Origin: a bacterium
Lineage (GTDB): Bacteria > UBA8248
DNA: 64,000 nucleotides
Assembly: GCA_965213625.1 (NCBI GenBank)
Contig: CBDBZU010000004.1
Span: 320,001-384,000 of the forward strand
Direction: 5' to 3'
The notes under the pieces were generated by a model. That model saw nothing but the letters and a program-made list of their open reading frames with translations. It searched no databases and was not told the DNA's origin. Below, piece by piece: positions 39,856 through 50,629 of the stretch. How positions within the stretch are numbered: the first letter of the stretch is position 1; each line of letters begins with the position of its first letter. A program made the translations under genes and the position numbers.

Positions 39856-41250
39856 TCACGCCGTCTGTTTCGCAGTCCGCTCCCGCTCGCCCGCCCCGCT
39901 CAGTAGCCGCATCAGGGAATCGATCTCGGGCTGTGCCTCGAAAGATTCCAGAAGTGAGAGCACTTCCTCATATTCATCGGCTTCGAGGATGGTTTTCGCG
40001 CAGTCGCGGAACTTCGAGCGTATCTTCTCATCTTCCAGCGGCAACAGCGCGCAGCCGCGCGAGACGTCCGTTCTCTTTTTGAGAACGCGCCCGTCGTTCA
40101 GGCAAACGCGCACCTCGCTCGGCCTTCGCATGCCGGGCCGCCAGCCCATGTCGTCCGCCGTAACGTCGATTTTCTTCATCCACCCCTGGAGCAGGGGTTC
40201 GCGCACCGCCTCGTCCGTGAAGGTCTCGAGGCGCAAATCCCTGTCCAGCAGCATGCGCGCGAGGCAGTATTCGATGGAGAACTTGCCTTCCAGCCCCGTT
40301 TGGGGCGTGTGGTAGCGGAGAACCTGCATCGAGATTTCGAGCAGGGAGACCTCGATTCGCGCAACATCCGCCGCCGTCACGCCCGCCTCCTCCACCAGGT
40401 CATAGAGCGCGTCCACCGCCGGGTGCGTCGAGAGGCAGCACGGGTAGGGCTTCATGTTCATGCCGGGATCGGCGAGCGAATAGGGTCTTCCCAGGCTTTG
40501 GGCGATCTCATCGGGATCCGGCGCGCCGCCGCCTGCGTATACTTGCAGGAATCCGCGCGGGGCCTCGAGTATCGCCGTGTTCGCCGTGAGGCCCGCCGCT
40601 GCGAGTTCCGCTGCGCGAAGGCCCGCTTCGGGCGCGAGACCTGCGTGCAAGGGCTTCGTCATCGTACCGAAGTTCGCATGAACGCCGGACGCATGAGAGG
40701 CCGCGATGCCGAGCGCGTGGCGCGTCGTCTCCACGTCGAACCCGCGCAGGTGGGCCGAGGCCGCCGCCGCGCCCAGCGTGCCGAGCGTGCAGGTGGAATG
40801 CCAGCCCGCGCCGTAGTGCTCGGGATTCATCCCCAGCCCCAGCTTGGTCGATATCTCGTAGCCGATGACGAAGGCTTCCAGCACCTCGCGGCCCGACGCG
40901 CCCTGCTTCTCCCCCTGCGCCAGGACGGCGGGCAGGACGACCACGCTCGGGTGGCCGCTCAGCAAGTAGCTCGAATCGTCGAAGTCGAGCGCGTGGCCTA
41001 TCGCCCCGTTGACGAGGGCGGCCAGCGGCGCCGCGGCGCGCTCGCCCGCGCCGATGATGCTCGCCTCGGGCGCACCGCCCATATTCCGCGCGAAGTCGGC
41101 CACGATTCGCCCCACGGGCTCGTTCACGCCCGCCAGCGTCACGCCTACGGTGTCGACCACCGCCTTCTTCGCGCGCTCAATCGCAAGCGCCGGAAAATCC
41201 GCCCACTTCGTCTCGACGATGAATTCCGCCATCCGTTCGGTAACGCTCAT
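39856..41250 (-). CDS. MmgE/PrpD family protein
   Basis: HALDFDD, GHPS, GWHST, FGTMTKPLHAG, KPYPCC, KFS. Confidence 0.92.
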   Translation of the reverse strand: MSVTERMAEFIVETKWADFPALAIERAKKAVVDTVGVTLAGVNEPVGRIVADFARNMGGAPEASIIGAGERAAAPLAALVNGAIGHALDFDDSSYLLSGHPSVVVLPAVLAQGEKQGASGREVLEAFVIGYEISTKLGLGMNPEHYGAGWHSTCTLGTLGAAAASAHLRGFDVETTRHALGIAASHASGVHANFGTMTKPLHAGLAPEAGLRAAELAAAGLTANTAILEAPRGFLQVYAGGGAPDPDEIAQSLGRPYSLADPGMNMKPYPCCLSTHPAVDALYDLVEEAGVTAADVARIEVSLLEISMQVLRYHTPQTGLEGKFSIEYCLARMLLDRDLRLETFTDEAVREPLLQGWMKKIDVTADDMGWRPGMRRPSEVRVCLNDGRVLKKRTDVSRGCALLPLEDEKIRSKFRDCAKTILEADEYEEVLSLLESFEAQPEIDSLMRLLSGAGERERTAKQTA

Positions 41251-41464
41251 GCCGCGCCTCCTCCCTCGGGCGCCCCGGGGCGCCGCTTTACTCTCAAGAT
41301 AATTCCCGCTCCGCAGTATAACCCCTCGCGGTGGTTTTCCCACGCCATAGAGTGGGAGTCATTCAGATGTTGAAGAGCCTGTCCCGGCCGCAATCAAATT
41401 TTTTAGATTTTTTTAGAAATGAGTGATTTGCTGCTCACTAACAGACAAAATTAGATTTCAAAAA

Positions 41465-43129
41465 TCAGATACTATTGAAACCTTTTTCAATCTTTTCAAA
41501 TACCTTTCCAAATACACGGAGTGTTTCTTTCGATAACTTGATATCCGATTCACCACCATTCATCGTCTCAAAAAACTTTTTCGCAAGTAAAACCTTGTCT
41601 AACTGTTGATTCTTTAGGAATTTTGAATTTAAGGTTTTAGAATCTTCATTTTTCGATTCTTCATCTTTAAGCACAAAATTGTTAAAATCATCTTGTGTGA
41701 ACAAATCCTCAGTAGAATAATTGTTTTCTTCTGAAATAAAAATAATCCGATTATCTTCGATCAATAATTTCTCGCGAAGTTCCTTGGCTGTTTTATTCCC
41801 TTGCGAATCATTATCTAAAACTGCCCAAAAACCTAAATCCCAGCCAATTAATAAAGAGACAAGCTGAGAGATTCTTGACGCTCCCACACATGGGATGAAA
41901 TTTACCTCATTCGTGTTCGTACTCTTTCGCAATGCTTGGAGAAAGTAATAATCAGAGATGCCTTCCAATAAAACATTTTTCTTTCCTACAATCGAGAATC
42001 CGCTCGATAGATCAAGACCAATCTTTGTAATAATCGGGTTAAGAGTTTCTGCTTCTGCGCCTTTGTGAATTTTATTCTCGATCCGTGTTCCAGTTTGGTC
42101 GTCTTTAGAAATCAACCGCACTCTGTCCAAGCGGTGTGTATCGATTAAGTACGGTGAATGCGTACTTATGATAACTTGTGATTTCTCAGAAATATTTTCG
42201 AACACTTTCAATACATCTTCCTGCGCCTTAGCGTGGAGGTATAGTCCGGGCTCATCGATCAAAATTACATTTCTTCCCTGGCCTTGCTCTGCATTGAGTC
42301 TCAGATAAAAAGAGAGAAACCATTGAAATCCTTGACTTCGTTGTTCCGGCTTAAATAACAAGCTACTACCAGATTCCTTAACACCAAATCGCAGATTTGC
42401 TCCGTCCGGTTCAGCTACAAGGTCAAGTTCATCTTGTTCCCAATGGTCCTTGAAATCACCACTGATGCTTGCGGAATGCGCACTTAATATATTTCTACGC
42501 TGCTGAGAGTCATTTGAGTTGATGACTTTGTCTAAATCAAGACCGGATACTTTTGCAAAATCTTGTACTGACCTATTATCCTTTGCCTGTGAAAGCGGGA
42601 GTTCGAACGGTAGAATATCTTCAAAATCACTAAAGAAAATAAATTTAGGTAAGTACCGAACAAACATGTATAAAAATTTATCGGTATGGTCTTCCTCATC
42701 TAAATCAACATCTTCATCTTCATTATCTTCTAGCTTTGTTCCCTCTATCGCCTGTTTCACTAGTTGTTTTGTTTCTTCATTCAACTCATATTCACCATCA
42801 GAAAATTTGGTAATAAAAAAATTATTCTTGGATAGGTTTTCTAATATGTCTGCAAAAATTGTAATATTTGCTTCTTCGGCAATTGACCCGAGAATCGAAT
42901 CTGAGACTTGAAAACACAATTCAATTTTAGGGTCGCCACCACCATCAAGTGGTTTTGCCGAATCAGGAATTGGCTCAGAGTTAAAATCAAAATACTTTAA
43001 AGCTTCTAGAATCGCACTTTTTCCTGACTCATTTTTTCCTGCAATGGTGGTTACATCAGAGGCTAGCCAACACCATCCAGAATCTTTGATTGATTTATAA
43101 TATTGGATACGGAATTTGATTAGTTTCAT
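41465..43129 (-). CDS. OLD-like ABC ATPase-TOPRIM nuclease, AT-rich
   Basis: GKNESGKS, RSQG, LIDEPGLYLH, STHSP, LLEGISD, LDND. Confidence 0.85.
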   Translation of the reverse strand: MKLIKFRIQYYKSIKDSGWCWLASDVTTIAGKNESGKSAILEALKYFDFNSEPIPDSAKPLDGGGDPKIELCFQVSDSILGSIAEEANITIFADILENLSKNNFFITKFSDGEYELNEETKQLVKQAIEGTKLEDNEDEDVDLDEEDHTDKFLYMFVRYLPKFIFFSDFEDILPFELPLSQAKDNRSVQDFAKVSGLDLDKVINSNDSQQRRNILSAHSASISGDFKDHWEQDELDLVAEPDGANLRFGVKESGSSLLFKPEQRSQGFQWFLSFYLRLNAEQGQGRNVILIDEPGLYLHAKAQEDVLKVFENISEKSQVIISTHSPYLIDTHRLDRVRLISKDDQTGTRIENKIHKGAEAETLNPIITKIGLDLSSGFSIVGKKNVLLEGISDYYFLQALRKSTNTNEVNFIPCVGASRISQLVSLLIGWDLGFWAVLDNDSQGNKTAKELREKLLIEDNRIIFISEENNYSTEDLFTQDDFNNFVLKDEESKNEDSKTLNSKFLKNQQLDKVLLAKKFFETMNGGESDIKLSKETLRVFGKVFEKIEKGFNSI

Positions 43130-43627
43130 CTCTAAATTAGAACCTCATCATTTGGACTCTTCATCGAGCATCCCTGCTTTGCTACCCATATAGTCAAACA
43201 CCACTCAAAATTTCACCCCAACCCTTCTCCATCAATGCATAGAACTCATAGAGCACAATCTGGATATTCTCAGTATTAGCGACGACCTTTTTAGCACATC
43301 CTTGATAATGAGACTCCTTGTGGAACGACTTTTTCTCGGCGTAGTGATCATGCTGACTGTGGTGAGCGAGAACCTTCCAGGAACTCGCTCGGGAATATTC
43401 TCAACCTCAAGTAGAAGCTTACGCCGAAACCGACTCAGGATACGATCTTTCGCTGCAGCTAGTCGTAGATATAAGTCGTCCCCAGCGTCATGTTGTCGCG
43501 CTTGCAGAAAGTCCTCCCTCGGTTCCGGCGCGTGCAGCGATAATGCTAGGATGGGTTTCATCACAAAACCCGGAAGGCCCCGGAAAGAAAACCCCGGTCG
43601 GCCTCGTTATCTGCAAAGGAGCGCGTC

Positions 43628-44803
43628 ATGCCGGAAGCACCTGCCAATACACGATGGTTCACTTACTTTCCCGAGGATTACCGTTGGTCATCGGGCGTCG
43701 TGAACTGCCTCTCTGTGGCCCCCTGGGGCGGGGCGGACATCGGCGAGGTCGATCAGGTAGGGAGACGGCTCAGGAAAGACGTCGGAAACGACGCGCTCTG
43801 GTTCCGCGAGTGGGTCCGCATGGCGAACAAGGTGCGCGATTTGGGCCTGAAGGAGGAGGAGAACAACCACCGCCTGAGCGCCGCCTACCACCACAAGCGC
43901 GCGGCGATGTACTTTCAAATTGCCGAGCGCTTCCGCACGCCCAAGGACAAGCGGGCGAAAGACGCCTACAAGCTCGCGCTGGACAGTTTCCTGCGCTTCA
44001 CGAAGCTCACCGACGCGCCGAAGATCGAACGCGTGGAAGTACCGTACGAGAACGGCGTGAACCTGCCGGGGTATTTCGTGCACGCGCAGAACACGAAAAA
44101 GGCCAAGCCGCCCGTTATTGTCTACTTCGACGGTCTCGACATCACGAAGGAGATTCAATACTTGAGGGGCGTCGAGGAATTCGTGCGGCGCGGCATGAGT
44201 TGTCTCGTCATGGACGGGCCGGGCACCGGCGAAGCCATCCGCTTCAGGGAACAATACCTGCGGCCTGACTATGAAGTCGCAGGCTCGGCCGCGCTCGATT
44301 ATCTCGAAACGCGCGGGGACGTGAACGCAAAAAAAGCCGCCGTAATCGGCATCAGCCTGGGTGGGTACTACGCGCCGCGCATCGCCAGCATGGAGAGGCG
44401 CTATAAGGCGTGCGTCGCCTGGGGGGCGTGCTGGGATTATCATGCAACGTGGAAAAAGCGCGTCGCCGCCTCGATGCAGACGGAACTCTCGGTACCCGGC
44501 CACCACATCCTGTGGATTTTCAACACGACGAATTTTGAGGATACCTTCAAGAAGCTCGAGGGTTTCCGCTTAGACGGCGTCGTGCAGAAGATGCGGTGCC
44601 CCTTCCTGCTTACCCACGGAATCGACGACAAGCAGGTGCCCACGATAGACGCGCGCAAACTCTTTAACGCCGTGGGTTCGAAGGACAAGACGCTCAAGAT
44701 ATTCACCGTCAGGGAGGGGGGCTCCCAGCACTGCCAGAGGGATAACCTCTCGCTCGGCGTCACCTACATCGCGGACTGGCTGATGGAGAAGCTCAAGCCG
44801 TGA
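43628..44803 (+). CDS. Alpha/beta hydrolase (2,6-dihydroxypseudooxynicotine hydrolase-like)
   Basis: DGLDITKE, DGPGTGE, GISLGGYY, QHCQ. Confidence 0.85.
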   Translation: MPEAPANTRWFTYFPEDYRWSSGVVNCLSVAPWGGADIGEVDQVGRRLRKDVGNDALWFREWVRMANKVRDLGLKEEENNHRLSAAYHHKRAAMYFQIAERFRTPKDKRAKDAYKLALDSFLRFTKLTDAPKIERVEVPYENGVNLPGYFVHAQNTKKAKPPVIVYFDGLDITKEIQYLRGVEEFVRRGMSCLVMDGPGTGEAIRFREQYLRPDYEVAGSAALDYLETRGDVNAKKAAVIGISLGGYYAPRIASMERRYKACVAWGACWDYHATWKKRVAASMQTELSVPGHHILWIFNTTNFEDTFKKLEGFRLDGVVQKMRCPFLLTHGIDDKQVPTIDARKLFNAVGSKDKTLKIFTVREGGSQHCQRDNLSLGVTYIADWLMEKLKP

Positions 44804-44911
44804 GGATTGAACTCGACCAGAGAGGGATTCCGGGAATCACTCCTTTGTGGGACGCCAACTCTTATGCCGGCGCATGCCTCTAAGGTGGTTGAGATCACAT
44901 CTGCGCAGCCA

Positions 44912-44937
44912 CAGGGGCGAGTCGCAAATCGCCCCTG
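44912..44937. repeat. Degenerate GTAG-family REP
   Basis: caggggcga-gtcgcaaa-tcgcccctg. Confidence 0.5.
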
Positions 44938-45143
44938 CGGCATTACCCATAACAGTTCCTATACCTCGTGTATTGAGTCGCAACCGCCCGTAATGTGAAC
45001 GAGTACCTTGAATTAGTTTTGGATTATAGGGATAATACCGTGAATCGGGTGTGAATAATCCCACTTTGAAATGACTTCAGTACGAATTCTGCACCTTCCG
45101 GTAACCTTTTCGGCCAATTCCCCCGCCGGAAGGAGGCAGACCC

Positions 45144-47492
45144 ATGACAGACGGCAACGACCGCGAGGTCGGCGAGGAAGCCCCGAAAGCACGCCATTCC
45201 GGCTTGGCCGCAGCGATGCTGCGCATCGGCGCGAGTCTCGATCTGGAAACAGTCTTCAAAGAGGTAGCCGAAAGCGCCCGCAAGCTGACCGGCGCGCGCT
45301 ACGCCTTAATCGTAACCATCGACGAAACGGGCGTCCCCCTGGATATCGTCACTTCGGGCTTCACCGAAGAACAAGGCCGCAACATGGTGGAATGGCCCGA
45401 TGGACCGAAGCTCTTCGAGTTTTTCCGTGATCTGCAGGGGCCGTTTCGCATCCCCGATATGTCGGCTTACACCCGATCACTCGGCTTCTCGACCGAATTC
45501 ATGCCGTCGACGACGTCGAAGACTTTCCAGGGAACGCCGATGCACCACCGGGGAATTCACGTCGGCAACTTTTATCTCCTCGATAAGGAAGGTGGGGAGG
45601 AGTTTACGGATGCCGATGAGGAGGTATTGCTGCTGTTCGCCGCTCAAGCGGCCGCCGCCATTGCGCATGCCCGCGCCTACAGCGACGAACGGCGCGCGCG
45701 CGCCGACCTCGAGGCGCTCATCGAGACTTCGCCGGTCGGGGTTGCGGTGTTCGACGCGGCGAGCGGAAAACCGGTCTCGTTCAACCGCGAGGTGAGACGG
45801 ATATTCGATAGCCTTCTCATGCCGGGCCAGCCGCTGGAACAATTGCCGGAAATCATAACCTGCAGGTTCACCGACGGGCGCGAGATCGCGCTCTCGGAGT
45901 TGCCAATGTCTGCGGTGTTGTCCAGCGCGGAGATCGTGCGCGCCGAGGAGATAGAAATCTCCCTCCCCGACGGGCGCAAAATGACCACACTCATCAACGT
46001 GACCCCGATTCACGACGAAAACGACACGCCCCTTTCCGTGGTGGTCACCATGCAGGACCTCGCACCGCTCAAGGAATTGGAGCGCATGCGCGCCGAGTTC
46101 CTCGGCATGGTGAGCCACGAACTGCGTGCGCCGCTGACCGCGATTAAGGGCTCGGCCGCCACGGCCCTCCGCCGCCCGTGATACTTCGCCCCGGCGGAGA
46201 TCGAGCAGTTTTTCCGCATCATCGAGGAGCAGGCCGACCGCATGGACAGCCTCATCAGAGACCTCCTGGACGCCGGCCGCATCGAGGCGGGTATGCTCTC
46301 CGTCACGCCCGCTCCTTCGGAGGTGACATATCTGCTCGACCGGGCACGGGCTACATTCCTTTCCGGGGGTAGCCAGCACCGGGTTGTCATCGACCTGCCG
46401 CCGGACCTCCCTCGGGTCATGGCGGACCAGGAGCGTATCTTGCAGGTGCTGAACAATCTCTTGTCTAACGCCGCCCGACACTCGCCCGAGTATTCGACGA
46501 TACGGGTAGAGGCGGCGCGCGAGAGCGTGTATGTCGCCATCACGGTCTCGGATGAGGGCCACGGCATTTCCCCGGACCAACTGGCGAAACTGTTCCGTAG
46601 ATACGTCCGTGACGGAGAGCGCGGGGTCGGGGGCGGGCTCGGCCTCAGCATCTGCAAGGGCTTGGTAGAGGCGCATGGGGGACGCATCCGGGCCGAATGT
46701 GAGGGCCCTGGCCGGGGAGCGCGCTTTACTTTTACCCTCCCGGAGGCTATTGAGGCCAATCCCGCGCCTACCGGCGAAGTGCGGAGTCTGACTGCGGCGC
46801 GCCACCACGACCGCGAACGAATTCGCATCCTCGTGATCGACGACGACCCGGAGACGCTGCGCTTTGTCAGAGACGCGCTTGGTGAGGCAGGCTATGCCCC
46901 GCTGGCGGCGGGCGGCCATGAAGAGCTCAACTACGTCCTCGAAACGGAGAAACCCGCTTTGGTACTGCTCGACCTGATGATGCCGGGAACCGACGGCATC
47001 GAACTGATGGGACAAGTGCCTGGGCTCTCGAACGTCCCTGTCATCTTCATCTCCGGCTATGGCCGCGACGAGACGATCGCGCGGGCGCTCGAGGCCGGCG
47101 CCGAGGACTACATCGTAAAACCCTTCTCTCCGACGGAGCTGGTGGCGCGGGTCAGGGCGGCGCTCCGCCGCCGGACCGAGCCGGAACCCTTCGTACTGGG
47201 CGACCTCGCTATCGACTATGAACGCCGCCGGGCAAGCATCGGCGGGCGTCCTGTTTCGCTCACGGCGACGGAATACGATCTATTACGCGCCCTCTCGCTT
47301 GGCGCCGGGCGGGTGTTGACCTACGAGGCCCTGCTGCGACAAGTCTGGAGCGGGCGCAGCAGCGATGCGCGTATCGTGCGGGCCTACGTCAAGAGACTGC
47401 GCCGCAAGCTCGGCGACGACGCCAAGAGGCCCGCCTACATCCTGACCGAGCTCCGAGTCGGCTACCGCATGCTCCGTCCGGACGATCTGTAA
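45144..47492 (+). pseudogene. GAF-PAS-HisKA-HATPase-REC-wHTH hybrid kinase/regulator with in-frame TGA at 46179-46181
   Basis: SHELRAPL, NLLSNA, GLGL, LLDLMMP, KPF, LRRKL; both ORF halves are in the same frame. Confidence 0.85.
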
Positions 47493-47510
47493 AGGCCCGG
47501 GCGCCTTGGC

Positions 47511-47579
47511 GTCACCGTCTCGATGAAAACGGAACTATCCGTATCTGGCCATAACTTCATGTGTATTTTCGACACGACC
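47511..47579 (+). pseudogene. Diverged fragment of the alpha/beta hydrolase gene
   Basis: VTVSMKTELSVSGHNFMCIFDTT versus VAASMQTELSVPGHHILWIFNTT at 44462-44530. Confidence 0.7.
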
Positions 47580-47604
47580 AGGCGGTGAGGGTTTGTAGCT
47601 GGTG

Positions 47605-47632
47605 GTAGGGACAGGTCGCGACCTGTCCCTAC
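47605..47632. repeat. Perfect 28-bp GTAG-family REP palindrome
   Basis: GTAGGGACAGGTCGCGACCTGTCCCTAC. Confidence 0.85.
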
Positions 47633-48258
47633 AGGTAATTCCCCATTAGCCACTCCTCGGATTCCTCCCGAACGGCGCGCTCCTCCGCGCTGTGCTGGAG
47701 CACGATGTCCTTGGCGGGTGGGTGGCCGATTTTCGCGTTTCGCCAGCAATGGTAGCGGATGGCTGGGGGGTATCCTGAGAGGTCGATGGAGGCGTAGAAC
47801 GAGGCGGGTACTTCATCCGGCTTATACGGGTCCATCCTGTCTTTCTCGTAGATGTTGGTGCGCTTCCAGATGCGCCATGCGCCGTCTCGTTTTTCGAGCA
47901 GGGCGAGCACGCGGCTCCAGGTGGTGAAGTCAAGCTCCACGCCATCGATGAGCCTTCTCTGGTAGAGGATCAGGTCATGCTCGGCGGCGGCGCGATCGCC
48001 TGCCAGGCGAACCCAGGGGTTCGTGACGGTGTGCTTCTGGCTCTCGCCGGGGTGGCGCGCGATTTTCATCTTCTTTGCGTCTTCTACGAATTCATCCCGT
48101 GTACCGCTGAACCAGGAGGTGGTGAGCGAGGCGTCTGCGTGATAGCAATCGCGCCACTCCTCCCAGAGACCTGCATCGCGCGCATAGTTCACGACTGAGA
48201 GAACGTCTTTTATCTCGTTCTTGTCGACGCTCTCCTGAATTCTCCCCTCCACTTCCAT
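47629..48258 (-). CDS. SnoaL/NTF2-like protein
   Basis: RDAGLWEEW..CYH.DA, KRDGAWRI..R..IYEKD. Confidence 0.8.
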   Translation of the reverse strand: MEVEGRIQESVDKNEIKDVLSVVNYARDAGLWEEWRDCYHADASLTTSWFSGTRDEFVEDAKKMKIARHPGESQKHTVTNPWVRLAGDRAAAEHDLILYQRRLIDGVELDFTTWSRVLALLEKRDGAWRIWKRTNIYEKDRMDPYKPDEVPASFYASIDLSGYPPAIRYHCWRNAKIGHPPAKDIVLQHSAEERAVREESEEWLMGNYL

Positions 48259-48267
48259 AAGGTTTCC

Positions 48268-48684
48268 TCAAATGAACTCGTGCACTTCGGCGAACATGCC
48301 CTTTACGATCCCCCCGCTCAGATGTCCGACCAGGACTTCGCCCGCCTGGTAGGGGCCGCCGCTGAGCGCCAGATGGAGGTGGATGTAGGGTTTGGGTTCT
48401 TCCCAGGTCTCATCCCCCCGGACGGCGGGAGGCTTATCGGGCCAGGAGATGTTCCCCACGGCGATGAGTTCGCGCCAGTCGTGGAAATAGCGCAGCGCCG
48501 AGGGGCCGATGATTTCGCGGAAACCCGTGCGGATGTCCGATTCCTTGAGCGCGCCGAATACGATGAGCGAGGCGCTCCGTATGTTCTTCTCCATCACGAA
48601 GCGCTCGAATTCCCCATAAAAATCATCGTCCTCATCGAATTCCAGATGAAAGACGCGCCCCAGTTTTTTCTCTTCCGCTCGCAT
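48268..48684 (-). CDS. PPC/DUF296 domain protein
   Basis: FGAL, ELIAVGNI, PYIHLHLAL, VGHL. Confidence 0.8.
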   Translation of the reverse strand: MRAEEKKLGRVFHLEFDEDDDFYGEFERFVMEKNIRSASLIVFGALKESDIRTGFREIIGPSALRYFHDWRELIAVGNISWPDKPPAVRGDETWEEPKPYIHLHLALSGGPYQAGEVLVGHLSGGIVKGMFAEVHEFI

Positions 48685-48686
48685 TG

Positions 48687-49550
48687 CTATCCCTCCTTCA
48701 CCTCCGCGTAGAGGTTCTCGAGCCCCCGGCGGAATGTCCGCCTCCTGTGCGCAACCCACGATTCGCCCCGCCCCGTATCGGACCAGAAGAATTTCTCGAA
48801 ACCGGCATCCGAGGCGGCGGCTTCCCGCTCGGTTCCTTTCTCCACCAGCTTTTCCATCATTCCCCACATTTCTTCGAAATCGTTCCGGAAGCGCCGCACC
48901 TCTTCGGTTCCGCATATCTCCCCGTGGCCGGGGACGACGTGCGCGGCGGGCAGGCTCTCCATCCACGCGAGCGCCTCTATCCATTCCCGAAAGCGGGCCT
49001 CGCGCATCCCGGGACCCGGCTCGTTGATCATCACGTCGCCCGTGAAGATGACGCCTTCTTCCGGCACGTACACCGAACTGCAGGCGGGCGTATGGCCGCC
49101 CAGGCGGTAAATCTCGAACGTCAGGGGGTGGAGATGGAGCGTCATCCCCTCATCGAAACAGACTTGCGGCAGGGGCAGGACGGCTTCCGCGATTTCCTTC
49201 GCCTCATCATGCGCCCCGATTTCATCTAACGTGTTGATGAAGGTTTCGCGACCGGCGAGTGGGTTATCCTTCGCGGCGAGCGCATCGAACACGCGCTGGG
49301 GCGCGAGGGAGATTACCCCCTCATCCTCGATGAACGCGGAGCCGATGGTGTGATCGCCGTGATAATCCGTCGAAATGCGGTAGCGGATGCCATTGGGACT
49401 GAGCGCCCTCAGTTCTTCCTGCCAGCGGCGTGAATCCGAGGGCCGTACCGGGCAGTCGATGAGCACGACACCGGCCTCGGTGACGCCTGCGCCCACGTTT
49501 GCCCAGAGATATTCCGTCTCCGCCACCAGGTGTTCGCTCAGGCGCCGCAT
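48687..49550 (-). CDS. MBL-fold metallo-hydrolase (cyclase-like)
   Basis: TDYHGDH, GGHT, FTGD, VPGHG. Confidence 0.85.
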   Translation of the reverse strand: MRRLSEHLVAETEYLWANVGAGVTEAGVVLIDCPVRPSDSRRWQEELRALSPNGIRYRISTDYHGDHTIGSAFIEDEGVISLAPQRVFDALAAKDNPLAGRETFINTLDEIGAHDEAKEIAEAVLPLPQVCFDEGMTLHLHPLTFEIYRLGGHTPACSSVYVPEEGVIFTGDVMINEPGPGMREARFREWIEALAWMESLPAAHVVPGHGEICGTEEVRRFRNDFEEMWGMMEKLVEKGTEREAAASDAGFEKFFWSDTGRGESWVAHRRRTFRRGLENLYAEVKEG

Positions 49551-49639
49551 ATCCTGTTCCGTCTCTTTGTAAACGCCCGAGCGGGGGCGCGAAACGCGCC
49601 CCCGCCCTCATGGTTGCTTCCCCGTGAACGCCCGGAGCT

Positions 49640-50629
49640 TCAGTTTCTGATTTTCACCCCTGCGTTCTTGTAGATGTCCTTGTTGCTCTCGTATTCCGCT
49701 CTCACTTCTTTCAGGAGCTTCTCGCCGACGACGGGCTCGGCCTTGACGCCCATCTTCCTGAGCAGACGTTTGAAGGTCTTGTCCTTCGCCATCTTGAGCA
49801 GGGCCTTCGTCAGGATGTCGATGCGATCCTTAGGCGTCCCCGCCGGCACCATGATGATGCGCTTCGAAGACAGCAGGAGGTCGACCCCCTGCTCTCTGAA
49901 GGTCGGCACGTCCGGGAAAAGCGGGAAGCGCTTGGCGGCGGCGACACCCAGAATCCGGATTTTGCCGGACTTGTAGTTCGAGAGAACGCCGCCCGTCGCC
50001 GGGTTGGCGCCTGCGGTTTGCACGTGTCCGCCCAGCATGGCCTTCATGGCCGGACCGCCACCGCGGAAGGGAACGTGGGGCAACTTCGTCTTCGTGTCGT
50101 ATGCAATCTTGAGCATCATGGTGTGGCTCAGGCCATACGTCCCCGTGGAGCCGTGCTTGATCTTGCCTTTGCTCTTTTTCGCCGCGGCGATGTATTCCTT
50201 GAAGTTCTTCCACGGCTGGCTCCCCAGCGAGACGAGCAAGTAGGGGAGTTCGTTGATCTGGAACACGGGGATGAAATCCTTGAACGGGTCAAAACCCATG
50301 TCCTTCACGTGGGGCGACATGTAGAGATGGCTGTTCGCGCCCATCAAGAGGGTGTAGCCGTCCGGCTTGGCGCGCTTGAGCGCTCCCATTCCTATCTTTC
50401 CGCCGCCGCCCGGCATGAGCTGCACGTAGGCAGGCTGACCGATGTACTGGTGAAGCACGCTCGCCACGGCGCGCGAGTGCAGGTCGTGCGATCCCCCCGC
50501 GCCCAGGGGCACGATGATCTTGATGGGTTTCGAGGGGTACTTCTCCGCCGCGGCGGGCAGGGCGGTGAAGGTGAGGAGCCCGAGCGACAAAACTACCACC
50601 AAGGCGATCTTCCATGATTTGCGCATCAT
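49640..50629 (-). CDS. tctC: Tripartite tricarboxylate transporter binding protein
   Basis: YPSKPIKIIVP..AGG, PDGYTL, VPFRGG, PDVPT. Confidence 0.88.
   Translation of the reverse strand: MMRKSWKIALVVVLSLGLLTFTALPAAAEKYPSKPIKIIVPLGAGGSHDLHSRAVASVLHQYIGQPAYVQLMPGGGGKIGMGALKRAKPDGYTLLMGANSHLYMSPHVKDMGFDPFKDFIPVFQINELPYLLVSLGSQPWKNFKEYIAAAKKSKGKIKHGSTGTYGLSHTMMLKIAYDTKTKLPHVPFRGGGPAMKAMLGGHVQTAGANPATGGVLSNYKSGKIRILGVAAAKRFPLFPDVPTFREQGVDLLLSSKRIIMVPAGTPKDRIDILTKALLKMAKDKTFKRLLRKMGVKAEPVVGEKLLKEVRAEYESNKDIYKNAGVKIRN

Noticed and set aside
46179-46181. In-frame TGA as a second selenocysteine
   Set aside because: Not at a Cys/redox position; a nonsense mutation is more likely
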